Source: an uncultured Candidatus Saccharibacteria bacterium
GTDB taxonomy: Bacteria > Patescibacteriota > Doudnabacteria > UBA920
Length of the DNA: 64,000 bases
Reading direction: 5' to 3'
Assembly (NCBI GenBank): GCA_964512925.1
Contig: CAZEKH010000005.1
Span: 4,325 to 68,324, forward strand
Shown here piece after piece: positions 18,795-28,467 of this stretch. Made by a program: the position numbers and the translations under genes. How positions within the stretch are numbered: the first letter of the stretch is position 1; each line of letters begins with the position of its first letter. The notes below the pieces were generated by a model. It saw only the letters and a list, made by a program, of their open reading frames with translations, was not told the origin of the DNA and ran no database searches.

Positions 18795-20483
18795 TTATGT
18801 TTTTGGTTGGTCTTTGGTGAGGTCTAGGAGGGTTGTGGCGGTCAGGCCGCTGTTGATGGGGATGCTGAAGGCAAAGGTGGAACCCTTACCTTCGCCTTCG
18901 CTTTCCGCCCAGATTTTTCCTTTATGTTGTTCAATGATGATTTTGGCAACATAGAGTCCAAGTCCAAGACCGGCGCTGTGTTTGACTGATTCTTTGCCGC
19001 GGGAAAATTTTTGGAAAATCGAGGTTTTTTCTTGTTCGCTGACTCCTTTGCCCGAGTCTTTAACAGAAAAAACAATCTGTCCGTTTCTTTCGCAGATCGC
19101 GGCTGTAACCGAACCTTTGGGTGTGTATTTCAAGGCATTGTCGATGAGATTGTTCATAACCTGGCGGATTTTTTCTTTGTCCGCCATTACTTTCGGCAAA
19201 TTTTGTTCCGGTTTGATAAAATTGAAAAGAAGTTTTTTGTCCGTTGCCATCGGGATGAGTTGGTTAAAGGCCAGTTCTGCCAGCTCCAGCATATTGGTTT
19301 CCGTAAACAAAAATTCCATTTTGCCCCGCTCAATGCGCGAGACATTGAGCATATCTTCAATCAATGAAATAAGCCCGTTGTTGGTTTGGTGGATGATGTT
19401 TAGCTGTTTTTTTTGGTCATCGGTAAATGGGCCGTAGTCTCCGGCAAGCAGGGAAGACATATACCACTTGATGGTTGCTGGAGGAGTGCGGAGCTGGTGC
19501 GAGGCAATGGAAATAAATTCCGCTCGCGCCTGGTCCAGTATTTTTAACTGCTCATTGGCGCTTTGTAATTGCCAGGTTAAAAATTGTAATTGTTCTCTTT
19601 GTTTTACTTCGCGTTTTACGCTTTTAATGAGTAGAGAGCCCAAAATTCCAAGAAGTAACAAAGTCAGCACTACAATTATACGAACATTTTCAATGGACCT
19701 AATAAATAAAATACTAACTAAAAAGAACCAAATGGTTCCAACCAACACTTGAGTGCTTAAAACTTTTATGTTAAAACTTTGATACTTTACGACCAAATAT
19801 GATAAAAAGAAAACAAAAATTGGCATACCAATCAGCCCCGCTTGTGCCAATTGCCAGTTATCTGAAAAACTGCCGATAATATTTCCCCAGGAAAAGGCTA
19901 CTAAAAATAGTATTGAACCTGCTGAAAAAGTTTTAATTTCCTGGCTTCTGGAAGTTTTTTTGCTGAAAATGCCGAAAAATAAAATACTTAAAATAATTAT
20001 CAGCTCAATAAAGTATGTAAAATATTTTGCAATAATATTTTCAATCGCAGTGCAGTCCGAAAGGTTGATGCCTATTATGTTCCATTTGGTTGAAAGAAAA
20101 AAAACAATAGGAGCATAGCCCAGTAAAATTAAAATTTTATATTTATCCTTTAAATCTTGCTTTGTACTGAATATATAGGTTAAATAAAAAGTTAAAATGT
20201 AGATTGATGGCTCAATGAGGATTTGCAGTGACCAGAAAAACATAACATCTTTGGGGGAGTTGGTTGCCCATAAAACCAAATCAAAAAGGCTCCAGGCAGA
20301 AAACAGCAAACAGATAGAAAGTAAAATTAAGCTGATTTTTTCTCCTCTGGTTTTTATATAGACAATAGCGCCGGCAAAAATTGCTATGGCTATGGCGGGG
20401 ATATGGGAATAATAAAACAAGCTTGGGGTATTGCTGGAAAAAATAAAGTATTGAGCGGGTTCCCACGGACAAAAAATATCCAT
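18795..20483 (-). CDS. sensor histidine kinase with multi-TM N-terminal sensor domain
   Basis: 562 aa; H-box 'SHQLRTPPATI', G-box 'GLGLGLYVAKIII', N-terminal ~7 TM helices. Confidence 0.8.
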   Translation of the reverse strand: MDIFCPWEPAQYFIFSSNTPSLFYYSHIPAIAIAIFAGAIVYIKTRGEKISLILLSICLLFSAWSLFDLVLWATNSPKDVMFFWSLQILIEPSIYILTFYLTYIFSTKQDLKDKYKILILLGYAPIVFFLSTKWNIIGINLSDCTAIENIIAKYFTYFIELIIILSILFFGIFSKKTSRSQEIKTFSAGSILFLVAFSWGNIIGSFSDNWQLAQAGLIGMPIFVFFLSYLVVKYQSFNIKVLSTQVLVGTIWFFLVSILFIRSIENVRIIVVLTLLLLGILGSLLIKSVKREVKQREQLQFLTWQLQSANEQLKILDQARAEFISIASHQLRTPPATIKWYMSSLLAGDYGPFTDDQKKQLNIIHQTNNGLISLIEDMLNVSRIERGKMEFLFTETNMLELAELAFNQLIPMATDKKLLFNFIKPEQNLPKVMADKEKIRQVMNNLIDNALKYTPKGSVTAAICERNGQIVFSVKDSGKGVSEQEKTSIFQKFSRGKESVKHSAGLGLGLYVAKIIIEQHKGKIWAESEGEGKGSTFAFSIPINSGLTATTLLDLTKDQPKT

Positions 20484-20495
20484 TGATGTGTTTTA

Positions 20496-21428
20496 TTAGT
20501 TAGATAAATATAACAAATATGTGCCAATAATGATGATTCCAACAGAAATGAATTTGTGTAACAGGTGTTTATAAGATATTTTTTCGTTAAATAATTTAGG
20601 CAAGAATTTTGTTAACATAATGCCTTCTAAAAAAACAAATAGCGGTTGATAACTGGAAACCACTGATACAATAGCCACTGGCGCAAGGAGTGTGGCAAAA
20701 CTGTTAGCCAAATTGCCTAAAGTATAAAAACTTTCGCTGATTACATTTAAATACAAAACTTTATGGGATCCATTTTTTACTATGTTTTTAAATTCATCCC
20801 TGGATTTTTTAGATGAAATAAAAAAAATGCTGCCAAAAATAAAAATGCCAAAATACTGCCAAAAAGTGGAAATCCAGAAATTATCCGGAACTGTTGCGAG
20901 TTTGAAGCAGACATCGTTTAAAGCAAAAAGAAAAGATGAAAGAACGGCAAATAGTAAAGACGTGGTTTTGATTTTAAATTTATTTTCTATATCAATTTCA
21001 AAGGAGATAACAATAATGCCCAAAAGAATAATAAGCGAATATAAAATTTGCTGAGACTGAAGGGTTTCATTAAGAATAAAAAAACTTAAAAAATAAGCAA
21101 AAACAGGAGTTAGTTGAAGAAGGGCTACTACTATTGAAGCTTCTTCTATATCCATGGCTTTTAAATAAAAATAGAATGCCGCTGCCCCAAAAAAGCCGGT
21201 TACAATCAATAAAAAAAACTGAGACAAAGATACGCTAAAGATTTGTTGATGGAAAAAAATTGCGATGAAAGGCAGGATTAGCGCGGAAAAAAAAGTTGAA
21301 AACAAAATTATCGCATTTACGCCTTTGCCCGAGGGGAATTTATTTAACAGGTATTTGTCTATGTGATTTATGAAGCTCCAGAGAATTGGGGCAAGAATGG
21401 CGAAAAAAAACCAGTTAGGTTGATACAT
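20496..21428 (-). CDS. DMT-superfamily (EamA-like) transporter
   Basis: 310 aa, 10 TM, two-repeat architecture. Confidence 0.55.
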   Translation of the reverse strand: MYQPNWFFFAILAPILWSFINHIDKYLLNKFPSGKGVNAIILFSTFFSALILPFIAIFFHQQIFSVSLSQFFLLIVTGFFGAAAFYFYLKAMDIEEASIVVALLQLTPVFAYFLSFFILNETLQSQQILYSLIILLGIIVISFEIDIENKFKIKTTSLLFAVLSSFLFALNDVCFKLATVPDNFWISTFWQYFGIFIFGSIFFISSKKSRDEFKNIVKNGSHKVLYLNVISESFYTLGNLANSFATLLAPVAIVSVVSSYQPLFVFLEGIMLTKFLPKLFNEKISYKHLLHKFISVGIIIIGTYLLYLSN

Positions 21429-21849
21429 TGAGAGTGTTTTTAATTGATATATCTTTTAGCAGACTTTTTTCAAAAGTTGCTTTCGTCGCGAAATTTAAGT
21501 ATTTTGAGCGAAAACTTTGAAAAAACGTAAGATATCGGAGTTATCGCTGAGGCTTTTTTCAGAAGTTTGCAGCCAAAATACTTAAATTGCAGTTGAAATG
21601 TACTTTTGAAAGAGGTCTAGTGTAAAGTTTTCGTAACTACTATGGATTTGTTAATTGGGTTTTGATTTTTTACAATTTCAAAATTTTGTAAAATATAAGC
21701 GCGCAAATACAATAAAAAAATTGAAATTATCAAGGTTAAAATGCAAAAAAAATAAACAAGTTTTTTAGTATTTTGTTTCATTAATCCGATATAAAGTAAG
21801 TACAGAAGTATTATACCACTTTTTTTGCCAGGCATACTTTTTAAAAGTA

Positions 21850-21858
21850 TGGTATAAT
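21850..21858 (+). promoter_or_regulatory. extended -10 (TGGTATAAT) 6 nt upstream of the response-regulator ATG (leaderless-type)
   Basis: agtaTGGTATAATtttttt-ATG. Confidence 0.35.
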
Positions 21859-21864
21859 TTTTTT

Positions 21865-22260
21865 ATGTCTGAAAATAGCAAAATTACTATTCTTATAGCT
21901 GAGGATGACTTGGCTATGAGGGATATTTTAACTCATAAGCTGATCTCTAAGGGCTATGAAGTTTTGGCGGCAGAGAATGGCTTATCAGCTTGGGATGTTA
22001 TACAAAAACGGCAGCCGAATCTGGTTTTGACCGATCTGATGATGCCTGAGCTGGATGGCTTTGCGCTTTTAGAAAAAATCCGCAGCCATAAAGATGAACA
22101 TATTTCCAAATTGCCAGTAATTGTACTTTCCAATCTTTGGAGCAATCAGGATATACTGAAGGCTGAAAGTCTTGGGGTAAAGGCTTTTATGATAAAAGCC
22201 TACTTTACGCCGGAAGAGATTTATGCTAAAATCAATGAAGCTTTAGGAAAAGAAAATTAA
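21865..22260 (+). CDS. single-domain response regulator (CheY-like receiver)
   Basis: 131 aa; DD..D54-equivalent 'LVLTDLMMPELDG', K-site. Confidence 0.8.
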   Translation: MSENSKITILIAEDDLAMRDILTHKLISKGYEVLAAENGLSAWDVIQKRQPNLVLTDLMMPELDGFALLEKIRSHKDEHISKLPVIVLSNLWSNQDILKAESLGVKAFMIKAYFTPEEIYAKINEALGKEN

Positions 22261-22367
22261 CAGAATGGTTTGCGGGAACAGCGAAGGATTATGTGCATAG
22301 TCCTCGTCATCACGCAAAATCATTCTGAGAAAAGGATCTAAAAGCTCCAGCTTTTAGATAAACATAA

Positions 22368-24641
22368 ATGAGCAAACAGCAAATCTCATGCAAAGTCGGC
22401 GACAACGACTATGTTTTTGAAATTGGTCAGATAAAAACCCAGGCCAATGCCGGGGTAATAGCCCGTGTTGGCGACACTATGGTTTTAGCCACTACGGTAA
22501 TGTCCGACAAATCAAGAGAGGGAATAGATTTTTTCCCGCTTTTGGTTGATTATGAAGAAAGACTTTACGCCGCAGGAAAGATCAAAGGCAGTCGCTGGAT
22601 AAAAAGAGAAGGCCGGGCTACTGACGACGCTATACTAAAGGGGCGGGTGATTGACAGAACTTTGAGACCAATGTTTCCGGAAGGAATGCGCAATGATGTG
22701 CAGATAGTCGCCACCGTGTTGTCCATTGACGGGGTAAATGAACCAGATATGGTAGCGGTTAACGCGGCTTCTATGGCTTTGACTATTTCCGATGTGCCTT
22801 TTGACGGGCCTGTGGCAGCTGTGAGAGTTGGGAAAGTGGATGGTAAATATATAGTAAATCCGACTCACGAACAGCAGGAGGTTTCTTCTATGGACCTGAT
22901 AGTTTGCGGTACTTCAGACCATATCATAATGGTTGAGATGGGAGCAAAGCTTGTTTCTGAAGAGGAGATAGTGGAAGGAGTAAAGTTTGCCCAAACTCAT
23001 TTGGCTGTTTTGGTTAAATGCCAGTTGGATTTTGCAAAGCAGGTAGGCAAAGCCAAATCTGAGCCAATAATAGTCAAGCCAAATGAACAGGTTTACGAAA
23101 AAGTCAAAAGCTTTTTGACAGAAGAGAAGATTGAAGCCGCAGTTTATGTGCAAAATATGTATGAGCGCGATGAAAAAACCGCAAAGCTTTTTAAAGAAGT
23201 AGCTGAATTTGCCAAAAAGGAATTGGGAAGCATAGAGGGGGTCAGTGTGGAGAAAGAAGCCAATGCGGTAGCGGATAAAATTTTGAAAAAATATCAGCAA
23301 AAACAGATTTTGGAAAAAGAACGGAGAGTTGACGGCAGAAAGCTGACAGAAACCCGTCCGATTTTCTGCGAAGTCGGGGTACTGCCTCGCGTTCACGGTT
23401 CTGCTATCTTTACCCGTGGAGAAACTCAGGCTTTAACTACTGTGACTTTGGGAAGCCCTGGCGACGAACAAATGCTTGACGGAATGGAAGACCCGACAGA
23501 TGGACGTTCCAAGCGCTACATTCACCACTATAACTTTCCTGGCTACAGCGTTGGCGAGGTAGCTCCTTTAAGGGGTCCGGGCAGGCGTGAGGTTGGACAC
23601 GGTATGCTGGCTGAACGGGCTGTGGAAGTGGTGGTGCCGGAAAAAGAAGCTTTTCCTTATACTTTGCGACTGGTTTCAGAAATTATGTCTTCTAACGGGT
23701 CAACTTCAATGGCTTCTACTTGCGGTTCGACTTTGGCGCTTATGGACGCTGGCGTGCCTATCAAGCACATCATCGGCGGGTGCGCTATGGGTTTGGTAAT
23801 GGACGAGTCGGATACCAGTAAATACAAAGTTTTAACCGACATTGCCGGCATTGAGGACTTTAACGGGCATATGGATTTCAAAGTGACCGGTTCTGAAGAA
23901 GGCGTTACCGCCCTCCAGTTGGATATAAAAGTAAAAGGTTTGACTTGGCAGATTTTGGAAAAAGCTTTAGAGCAGGCTAAGCCAGCGCGCAACCATATAA
24001 TCGGGAAAATGAAAGAAGCGCTTCCCGCACCAAGAGCGGAAATGTCTCCTTACGCGCCAAGGATTGTTTCGTTTAAGATTAAGCCTGACAAAATCCGCGA
24101 AGTTATCGGTAGCGGTGGAAAAACTATAAACGAAATTATTGCAAATTGTCCTGGCGTTAAAATTGACATTGAAGATGACGGCTTGGTGATGATTACTTCA
24201 ACTGACTCAGAAAGCAGCAAAAAAGCTGTTGAGTGGGTACAAAATATAGTCAAAGAAGTTCAGCCTGGAGAAATTTATGATGGCAAAGTTACGAGGCTAA
24301 TGGACTTTGGCGCCTTTGTGGAAGTTTTGCCAGGAAAAGAAGGTTTGGTTCATATTTCCCAACTTGCCAATTACCGTGTTGCCAGGGTGGAAGACGTTGT
24401 CAATGTTGGCGATGCGCTGAAAGTCCAAGTTTCAGAGATTGACGAGCAGGGTAGGATCAACCTGACCCACAAACCCTTTGCGCCTGAGCCTACCCCAGAA
24501 CAGCTGGCCAAGTCCCAAAGTGGAGACTTTCATTCCAGCGGTGGTAGTCGTGGCGGTTTTGGTTCAAGACCTGGCGGCCACTCCCGCGGCGGGTTTGGCT
24601 CCCGTCCAAGCGGCCCCAGACCCCCGAGAAGAGACTATTAA
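22368..24641 (+). CDS. pnp: polynucleotide phosphorylase with Gly/Arg-rich C-terminal tail
   Basis: 757 aa; two RNase PH domains, KH and S1 domains; tail SGGSRGGFGSRPGGHSRGGFGSRP. Confidence 0.9.
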   Translation: MSKQQISCKVGDNDYVFEIGQIKTQANAGVIARVGDTMVLATTVMSDKSREGIDFFPLLVDYEERLYAAGKIKGSRWIKREGRATDDAILKGRVIDRTLRPMFPEGMRNDVQIVATVLSIDGVNEPDMVAVNAASMALTISDVPFDGPVAAVRVGKVDGKYIVNPTHEQQEVSSMDLIVCGTSDHIIMVEMGAKLVSEEEIVEGVKFAQTHLAVLVKCQLDFAKQVGKAKSEPIIVKPNEQVYEKVKSFLTEEKIEAAVYVQNMYERDEKTAKLFKEVAEFAKKELGSIEGVSVEKEANAVADKILKKYQQKQILEKERRVDGRKLTETRPIFCEVGVLPRVHGSAIFTRGETQALTTVTLGSPGDEQMLDGMEDPTDGRSKRYIHHYNFPGYSVGEVAPLRGPGRREVGHGMLAERAVEVVVPEKEAFPYTLRLVSEIMSSNGSTSMASTCGSTLALMDAGVPIKHIIGGCAMGLVMDESDTSKYKVLTDIAGIEDFNGHMDFKVTGSEEGVTALQLDIKVKGLTWQILEKALEQAKPARNHIIGKMKEALPAPRAEMSPYAPRIVSFKIKPDKIREVIGSGGKTINEIIANCPGVKIDIEDDGLVMITSTDSESSKKAVEWVQNIVKEVQPGEIYDGKVTRLMDFGAFVEVLPGKEGLVHISQLANYRVARVEDVVNVGDALKVQVSEIDEQGRINLTHKPFAPEPTPEQLAKSQSGDFHSSGGSRGGFGSRPGGHSRGGFGSRPSGPRPPRRDY

Positions 24642-24658
24642 AAAATAAATTTTAAAAA

Positions 24659-24690
24659 CAACCCGATGTAAAATCCGGGTTGTTTTGCTT
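24659..24690 (+). terminator. rho-independent terminator after pnp (CAACCCG..CGGGTTG + TTTT)
   Basis: 7-bp stem, 10-nt loop, T-run. Confidence 0.55.
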
Positions 24691-24725
24691 TATACTTTAT
24701 ACAAAATACTTTATACTATCTTAAT

Positions 24726-26027
24726 ATGCCGTATTTTGAGATTTTGAAAAAAGCAGAACTCACCCCAGTCCTCTCTTTAGAAAATAGAGGGAGTGATATA
24801 TTCCCCCCCTCTTTAAGCAAAGAGGGCGAAGGGGGAGTTTTGGGAGCTAGGACGGGCATCATCCATACCGCGCACGGGGATATAAAGACCCCGGCGTTTT
24901 TGCCTATTGGCACCAAAGGCGCGGTAAAGGCTGTGACGGCGGAGGAGCTGAAGTTTTGGGGCGCGGACATCATCCTTGCCAATACCTACCACCTTTGGCA
25001 GCGTCCGGGCGACGCTCTCATATATAAAGCCGGGGGGCTGCATAAATTTATGAACTGGCAAGGGCCTATCTTTACTGACTCCGGGGGGTTTCAGGTTTTC
25101 TCGCTCGCAAAAATGAGAAAAGTTTTAGAATTGGGCGTGCTGTTTCAGTTTGATTTAGACGGCAGGCAGGAACTTTTGTCGCCGGAAAAATCCGTTGATA
25201 TCCAAGCTAACTTAGGCAGCGACATCTGCCTCATACTGGATGATTTTCCGGGATATCCTTGGACTTATGAGCGAAGCAAAGAATCCATTGAGCTTACAAA
25301 CCGTTGGGCTGAAAGGGCGATAAAGGAGCATAAGAGAATAGTGACTGATGGCGACCCCATTAACCCCGGCCAAAAGCTGTGGGGGATAGTTCAGGGCGCA
25401 TCTTTTCCGGACTTAAGGGAAATGTCGGCTAAAGCAATGGTTCAGTTTGGATTTGAAGGCTTTGCCATTGGCGGCGTGGCCGTGGGCGAACCTCACGAGG
25501 AGATGATGAAAGCTGTGGAGGTTACCATACCGCATTTACCGGAAAATGCCCCAAAACATCTTTTGGGCGTCGGAACGCCTTTTGACATTGTTCAGGCAGT
25601 AGCGCGTGGCTGCGATACTTTTGACTGCGTGATCCCGACTAGGGAAGCTAGGCATGGAAGACTCTATATAAATAACAAATATCAAATTTCAAATAACAAA
25701 GCAGACAACCTCTCCCTTTCTCCCTCCCCTCATGAGGGGAGGGAAGGGGTGGGGTTGCAGTTTGAAGGCTATAGTACCATCAATATCTTCAACGAAAAGT
25801 TTAAAGAAGATTTTTCCACCATAGACGATCAGTGCGATTGCTATTTGTGCCAGAACCATACCAAGTCTTACCTTAGACATTTGTTTCAAACTGGCGAGCC
25901 TTTGGCGACAAGGCTTGCAACTATGCACAACCTGAAATTTTATTTAAACTTAATGGCTAAAATCAGGAAATCCATCCAATATGATTATTTTGATGAGATG
26001 GTCTTAAACTACAAAGAAATTAAATAG
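24726..26027 (+). CDS. tgt: queuine tRNA-ribosyltransferase carrying two inserted palindromic elements
   Basis: 433 aa; 'LANTYHL', 'DSGGFQV', 'GFAIGG', Zn site CxCxxC..H (DDQCDCYLCQNH...HL). Confidence 0.85.
   Translation: MPYFEILKKAELTPVLSLENRGSDIFPPSLSKEGEGGVLGARTGIIHTAHGDIKTPAFLPIGTKGAVKAVTAEELKFWGADIILANTYHLWQRPGDALIYKAGGLHKFMNWQGPIFTDSGGFQVFSLAKMRKVLELGVLFQFDLDGRQELLSPEKSVDIQANLGSDICLILDDFPGYPWTYERSKESIELTNRWAERAIKEHKRIVTDGDPINPGQKLWGIVQGASFPDLREMSAKAMVQFGFEGFAIGGVAVGEPHEEMMKAVEVTIPHLPENAPKHLLGVGTPFDIVQAVARGCDTFDCVIPTREARHGRLYINNKYQISNNKADNLSLSPSPHEGREGVGLQFEGYSTINIFNEKFKEDFSTIDDQCDCYLCQNHTKSYLRHLFQTGEPLATRLATMHNLKFYLNLMAKIRKSIQYDYFDEMVLNYKEIK
24757..24840. repeat. nested palindromic element inside tgt codons ~12-39 (CCCCCCCTCTTTAAGCAAAGAGGGCGAAGGGGGAG with outer arms AACTCACCCC/GGGGGAGTT)
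   Basis: ~84 nt, multiple of 3, encodes LTPVLSLENRGSDIFPPSLSKEGEGGVL absent from Tgt orthologs as remembered. Confidence 0.65.
25706..25757. repeat. nested palindromic element inside tgt (CAACCTCTCCC..CCCTCCCCTCATGAGGGGAGGG..AGGGGTGGGGTTG)
   Basis: perfect 8-bp inner arms, ~11-bp outer arms; lies in a ~36-aa segment extra relative to E. coli Tgt. Confidence 0.65.
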
Positions 26028-26145
26028 TTAAGACCCTGAGTTAATTGAAGGGTAGATAGTCTCGCAAAGCGAGATCGCGCTTTGTATGAAGAGATAAGAA
26101 ATTGGCAAAATTGGCTTATTTTGGTATACTTTTTTATATATTTAT

Positions 26146-26466
26146 ATGGCTGAAAAAATTCATTTGGATTTTTTATTAAAAAAGGATTTAGTTAAAATTC
26201 CAGATCAAAGTTTAAACCCTGAAGAACAGCTCAGAAGAAAACAGATTTTAGAGATGTTAAAAGAAGCCTCTGAAAGAGGACGAATCTCTCAAAGGGAATT
26301 AAAAATTTTACAGCTGTATCATTTAGAGCAGATGAAGCCAGTGGAAATTGCAAGAAGTGAAAATGTGCATAATTCAAAAATTCATGAGATATTAAAACGC
26401 GCTAATCAAAAGCTTCGTGAATATTTTTCAAAAAAAGGGATACAATCCCCAGAAGATATAATATAA
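26146..26466 (+). CDS. small sigma-70 region-4-like HTH protein
   Basis: 106 aa; 'ISQRELKILQLYHLEQMKPVEIARSENVHNSKIHEILKRANQKLR' resembles sigma r4 HTH. Confidence 0.4.
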   Translation: MAEKIHLDFLLKKDLVKIPDQSLNPEEQLRRKQILEMLKEASERGRISQRELKILQLYHLEQMKPVEIARSENVHNSKIHEILKRANQKLREYFSKKGIQSPEDII

Positions 26467-26533
26467 TTTTATAAACAACTCAGATTTGATGGGTCACGTT
26501 AGAAATTTAAAACTAAAAATAGTTAACTAAAAT

Positions 26534-27862
26534 ATGAGTGAAAATTTAAAAAAAAATCCAGGAGATATTTCTAACGGGATGGAAAAAATTGTCAGCCTCT
26601 GCAAGAGGCGGGGATTTGTATATCCGGGAAGTGAAATATACGGCGGGCTTGCTAACTCCTGGGACTACGGCCCCCTTGGAGTGGAACTTAAAAACAACAT
26701 CAAACAGCTGTGGTGGAAAAAGTTTGTCCAACAAAGGGACGACGTTGTGGGCTTGGACGCGGCTTTGATAATGAACCCCAAAGTTTGGGAAGCATCTGGC
26801 CACGTGGGAAATTTCAACGACCCAATGGTTGAGTGTAAAAATTGTCATGAACGGTATAGGGCTGACCATATAGATACTTCAAAGCCTTGCGCGAAATGCG
26901 GCAAAACTGTTTTTACAGAAAGCCAGCAGTTCAATATGATGTTTAAAACAAACCTGGGGCCAGTGGCGGATGAAAAATCTGTTGTTTACCTCCGTCCGGA
27001 AACCGCGCAGGGGATGTTTGTGAACTTTAAAAATGTTTTAAACACTTCCAGAAAGCAGCTGCCGTTTGGGATTGCCCAGATTGGTCCGGCTTTCCGTAAC
27101 GAGATTACGCCTGGAAATTTTATATTCCGCACCCGCGAGTTTGAGCAGATGGAAATTGAATTTTTTGTAAAACCCGAAGACTGGGAAAAGTGGTTTGAGT
27201 ATTGGCTTTCACAGCAAAAAGAGTGGCTTAAGGAATTGGGAATATTTGAGCAAGCTGTTTTTGTGGAAGTACCTGAAGCAGACAGGGCACACTATAGCAA
27301 GCGCAGCATAGACACCGAATACCTCTTTCCTTTTGGCCAGAAAGAACTTTATGGTTTGGCATATAGGACTGACTATGACCTAAAAGCCCATATGGAAAAG
27401 TCCGGTCAGAGTTTGGAGTATGTGGATCCCGTGACAGGGGAAAAAAGTGTACCACATTGCATTGAGCCTACTTGGGGCGTAAACAGAACCCTGCTTGCGG
27501 TTTTGTGTTCAGCTTACGACGAGTCTGACCCCGAAAATATAACTTTAAAACTTCCATACAAACTTGCACCTTACAAAGCCGCGGTTTTTCCACTTTTGAA
27601 AAACAAGCCGGAGTTGGTCTCTAAGGCAAAAGAAATTTACGACAGTTTGCGAAAAGATTTAACGGTTGCCTGGGATGACCGGGGCAACGTGGGAAAACGC
27701 TACTATAGTCAAGACGAAATTGGCACGCCCTTTTGCATAACTGTGGACTTTGACACCATAGAAAAAGACAATATGGTCACAGTTAGAAACCGCGACACCA
27801 AACAGCAGGAGAGGGTGAAGGTTGAGGAATTAAAGGAATATATTGTAAGGGAAATTAAATAA
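26534..27862 (+). CDS. glyQS: glycine--tRNA ligase (class II, alpha2 type)
   Basis: 442 aa; N-terminal 'RRGFVYPGSEIYGG...WDYGPLGVELK' GlyRS signature. Confidence 0.9.
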   Translation: MSENLKKNPGDISNGMEKIVSLCKRRGFVYPGSEIYGGLANSWDYGPLGVELKNNIKQLWWKKFVQQRDDVVGLDAALIMNPKVWEASGHVGNFNDPMVECKNCHERYRADHIDTSKPCAKCGKTVFTESQQFNMMFKTNLGPVADEKSVVYLRPETAQGMFVNFKNVLNTSRKQLPFGIAQIGPAFRNEITPGNFIFRTREFEQMEIEFFVKPEDWEKWFEYWLSQQKEWLKELGIFEQAVFVEVPEADRAHYSKRSIDTEYLFPFGQKELYGLAYRTDYDLKAHMEKSGQSLEYVDPVTGEKSVPHCIEPTWGVNRTLLAVLCSAYDESDPENITLKLPYKLAPYKAAVFPLLKNKPELVSKAKEIYDSLRKDLTVAWDDRGNVGKRYYSQDEIGTPFCITVDFDTIEKDNMVTVRNRDTKQQERVKVEELKEYIVREIK

Positions 27863-27866
27863 TATT

Positions 27867-28136
27867 ATGTTCGCAGAAATTTTACAAAGTACAGAAAAAA
27901 CCACTAATCCTAAAGTTGATTTTTTAGGCAATCAAGTCAGACTTGCTTACTTTACTTATGTTGAAAAGTATGGGGAGTTACCAAAAGATTTAAAAGACAA
28001 TTTAACAGAATTTTATTTAAAACTTGACCTTGCAAATATCGGTCAATATACTTTGGAAGGTTTAAAAAAAGATGCAGAGTTAATTTTAGTTAGTTTGAAT
28101 AAGCCAAACGTCCAGGATACTGCTTATACTGTATAA
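27867..28136 (+). CDS. hypothetical protein
   Basis: 89-aa ORF, 4 nt after glyQS. Confidence 0.3.
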   Translation: MFAEILQSTEKTTNPKVDFLGNQVRLAYFTYVEKYGELPKDLKDNLTEFYLKLDLANIGQYTLEGLKKDAELILVSLNKPNVQDTAYTV

Positions 28137-28161
28137 ATTTAAATTTTAATCTTGAAACATA

Positions 28162-28467
28162 ATGAATGAAGGCAAAAACAAGATAACATCAGAAATTTTT
28201 TGGGAAAGTTTTCAAACCAAAAATCCTGAATTAAAAAAGTGCCTCGCAGACCTTGATGCTTATCTGCAAGTAGTTGATTTTGATCAAGTTTCAGAAATTG
28301 ACAAAGAAAGATTTGTGGAGCTAAAAACTTCCATAAGTCAATTTATTGCAGATAAAGAAATACAACACGATCGGGAGGAGTTTGTTGATACTTGGACAAA
28401 AGAATTTGAAGAATTACAACAAAAATATGGAACACCAAAGGTTGCGGCAACTTCAGCAGGAAATTAA
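28162..28467 (+). CDS. hypothetical protein
   Basis: 101-aa acidic ORF. Confidence 0.3.
   Translation: MNEGKNKITSEIFWESFQTKNPELKKCLADLDAYLQVVDFDQVSEIDKERFVELKTSISQFIADKEIQHDREEFVDTWTKEFEELQQKYGTPKVAATSAGN

Noticed and set aside
21617-21835. 72-aa minus-strand ORF in the AT-rich spacer
   Set aside because: Low-complexity, no SD, and it lies in a promoter-like region.
28346-28426. Upstream extension of the M24 peptidase ORF
   Set aside because: It overlaps ORF 28162..28467 in another frame and does not resemble the M24 N-terminal domain. An internal Met start was chosen, with low confidence.
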